From Callorhinchus milii (lineage: Eukaryota), in assembly GCF_018977255.1 (NCBI RefSeq), contig NW_024704742.1:62188001-62252000 (forward strand): a DNA stretch of 64,000 nucleotides. Direction: 5' to 3'. Under the pieces are notes generated by a model that saw nothing but the letters and a program-made list of their open reading frames with translations, was not told the DNA's origin and did not search any database. A program made the position numbers and the translations under genes. Below are positions 61,625-64,000 of the stretch, piece after piece. The number at the start of each line of letters is the position of its first letter. Within the stretch, counting starts at the first letter, position 1.

Positions 61625-62749
61625 GTATCTGCAGATGTAAAAAGATGTTTGTCTAAGCTTGATCTATTTTTTTGCAAAGACCAGAAATGTGAACTCATCT
61701 GTAGCTTGGATCAATCGCTTAGGTGTAAAGAAACTGTACAAAACTGTGTATAGTTAGTGTTGTATTTTTACACTGTGCAGCCAGGCTTTGTACTGTTTTA
61801 ATTGTAAGTAGCTGGTTTTTTTTTAAAGGCACTGCCTTTCGAGAAGAGAGGGACTTCTGAGTGGTGGAATGTTATTGCCTATTTAATGTTTTGTGTGAAT
61901 TTTCAATGACAAACGTAGCTGTTTATTGTAGCATAGTTTTTTTGTCATGGAGTTGATACCAGTTTTTGCAGATTTTTTTGTAGAGCTTCTGTCATGAGCT
62001 CATTACACGTGATGGCTAACTTTTTGTAGTTAGATCATGATATGAAAACACTTTTTTAATAATAAAACAATTAAAATGGTGGAACATTTTTGTTGTATGT
62101 ACTTATTTGGTAGTTAGGATCCTGAAATACTGCTATGTTGCAGTAGTATGGTCGTCCATACCTTTCTTCAAATACTACCTCTTCGTCCACATGTATGGTC
62201 ACCTCCCTTGCTTGGCGTCCAGCAATGCCAATCTCAAGTGCTCCAAGATGTTATCTTATCAGCAGATCCAAGAAGGAATTAATGGAAGACCTAATCTAGT
62301 TATTTGTTGAAGAAAATAAATTAACTTGAGTACAAATTATGATTTTTATATGCAAAGAATATGATTTAAAATTTCTGTCTTGCATTTTAGCTTTGAAGAG
62401 GTTTAAGTTGGATTTTACTACACTTGACACTATTCACTTTACCTCAGTTTACACTTCAATTGACTACACCATGGCAACTGCTTAAGGCCAGTAGCGGATT
62501 CAAATTTTTGCAATGAGTGCCTGGCAATAGACAGACATGGCCAAGTCTTATTGCCTTCCATTGTTGCATGACTGCTGTGTATAGACGGTTCTCTAACCTA
62601 GCCCAGGGATCAATTGTGAAGGAATTGCTAGTTGTCAAATGCCCAAATTTGATTTTTTTTTACTTGTATCAATACACAAGACTAAAGGATCTTAACTCCT
62701 ATCTCCAGGGAGGACAGAATCGAGCATAAATAGGCTTGGACCTTATAGA

Positions 62750-63065
62750 GCTGTACATTTTTAAACAGGATTTAAAAAAGACTAAACGCAGATAAATACT
62801 TTAGGATGTCTCAAGATGGAAGAAGAGATGTAGGTTTAGAGTTTTGAAGAGTAATTTCAGAACCAGTACCAGAAATTTTTATTTTATGCAAGGGGTGATC
62901 AACAACTCGGAACAGGTTGTCAGGAAAGGTGATAAGAGGCCAGGACACTGGACTTGTTTTGAAAAGTGGTTTGATGCAGTGATGGGGAAATGGTGTACTG
63001 AGTTAGGTGTACTGAGATTGGATAGGCCGAAGGACTTTCTTCATCCAGACCTACTTGTGACCTTG
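62750..63065 (+). mobile_element. CR1-type LINE 3' remnant
   Basis: KSNFRTSTRNFYFMQGVIN resembles the CR1 terminal motif. Similar remnants at ~57780-58130 (+) and ~59560-59980 (-). Confidence 0.55.
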
Positions 63066-63719
63066 TGAAACATTTAGAAGAATGCCATCTGTCAAACTTG
63101 AATATTGCTGTCTTTTTTTTTGGTGGGGGGGAGAGGAATGTCAGGTTCCACAAAACTTCCTAGCATTGATCATGTAAAGAGCTGAGTTTCAGGTTAGTCT
63201 GCTGGGCCATTATTAATAATACTTACATTTGATACAGTGATACATCTCTAAAAGTGCTTCAAGGAATATACTATAAAGGGAACTGACTATTTTGTGGGCA
63301 AAACTAGGATAGTGATAATACTAATTGTATTTTTAACGGATTATAGCCAAACTGGTAAGCATTTTTTTGCAGATGCTCTTTAACCTCTTTTAACCTGCTG
63401 TGGATTTCCAGCATTCAGATTTATTTCAGACAGTCATTTTTTTCCCAAAGTGGAACCCCTTTTTCCACAGAATGAACAGCATTAATTAATACCAGTACCA
63501 TTGAGGTTTCTGGTGTCCAGATAACTGTATCATCTCTCGCATCACGTATCAGGAACTCCTGTACTGCAGTCACCATCTTGAACTGTGTGTCATTCTCTGA
63601 TTAGGTCACTGGTGACTGATACACAGTGCAATAGGCATTGGTTAAGGACCTGAGGAGGACATTAAGAAAGACTTGTTTATTTGAATTAACTAACTATTGG
63701 GACTGCCAGAATATCATCA

Positions 63720-64000
63720 AGTTGGCTCAGTGGTTGGACTCTCTCCTGAGTCACAGTGTTGCAGGTTCACTCCCCATATCAGGACTTGGAATCAATCTCA
63801 GATGACAATGCAGTGCTGAGGGGGTGTTGATTTTGGGATGAGATGTTAAACCGAGGTCCCATCTGCCCATTCAGGTGGATGTTAAAGATCCCATGGCACT
63901 ACTCCAAAAGAAGGGAGGGGGGTTTCTCCCAGTGTCCTGGCCAACAAACCCCAAATAAAATTGGTCACATGCCATGGCGGTTTGTGGAACACTGCTGTGC
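63720..64000 (+). mobile_element. Deu-domain SINE (AmnSINE1/SacSINE1-like)
   Basis: GGATGAGATGTTAAACCGAGGTCC...TTAAAGATCCCATGGCACT...GTGTCCTGGCCAA matches the Deu domain as recalled. Related copies at ~25005-25135, 39880-40020, 43575-43720 (+) and ~30050-30200, 41230-41395 (-). Confidence 0.65.

Noticed and set aside
61516..61698. Poly-Ser ORF on the minus strand
   Set aside because: Antisense shadow of the HMGB2 acidic-tail codons.

Overview
Vertebrate nuclear DNA, very probably from a cartilaginous fish (possibly a chimaera; inferred from the repeat families and protein divergence, not proven). It carries the conserved microsyntenic block known from human 4q34: SCRG1 (+; 2 coding exons, 100 aa), SAP30 (-; 4 exons, 177 aa) and HMGB2 (+; 4 coding exons, 213 aa). 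SAP30 and HMGB2 are divergently transcribed from separate CpG-rich promoters. All coding exons were assembled by hand and have canonical GT/AG sites and consistent phases. The rest is mostly L2-type and CR1-type LINE fragments, a tRNA-headed SINE, Deu-domain SINEs and Penelope-like fragments. The most unusual structure is an ~8.5 kb TG-rich minisatellite ending exactly at the SCRG1 coding-exon acceptor. Its unit looks like an amplified copy of that acceptor followed by a donor-like GTATGT, and the array has kb-scale higher-order duplications and a short internal inversion. Other notable points: HMGB2 has lost redox Cys23 but has two extra linker cysteines, SAP30 mixes SAP30 and SAP30L residues, and one Penelope fragment keeps an intact minimal hammerhead ribozyme core.
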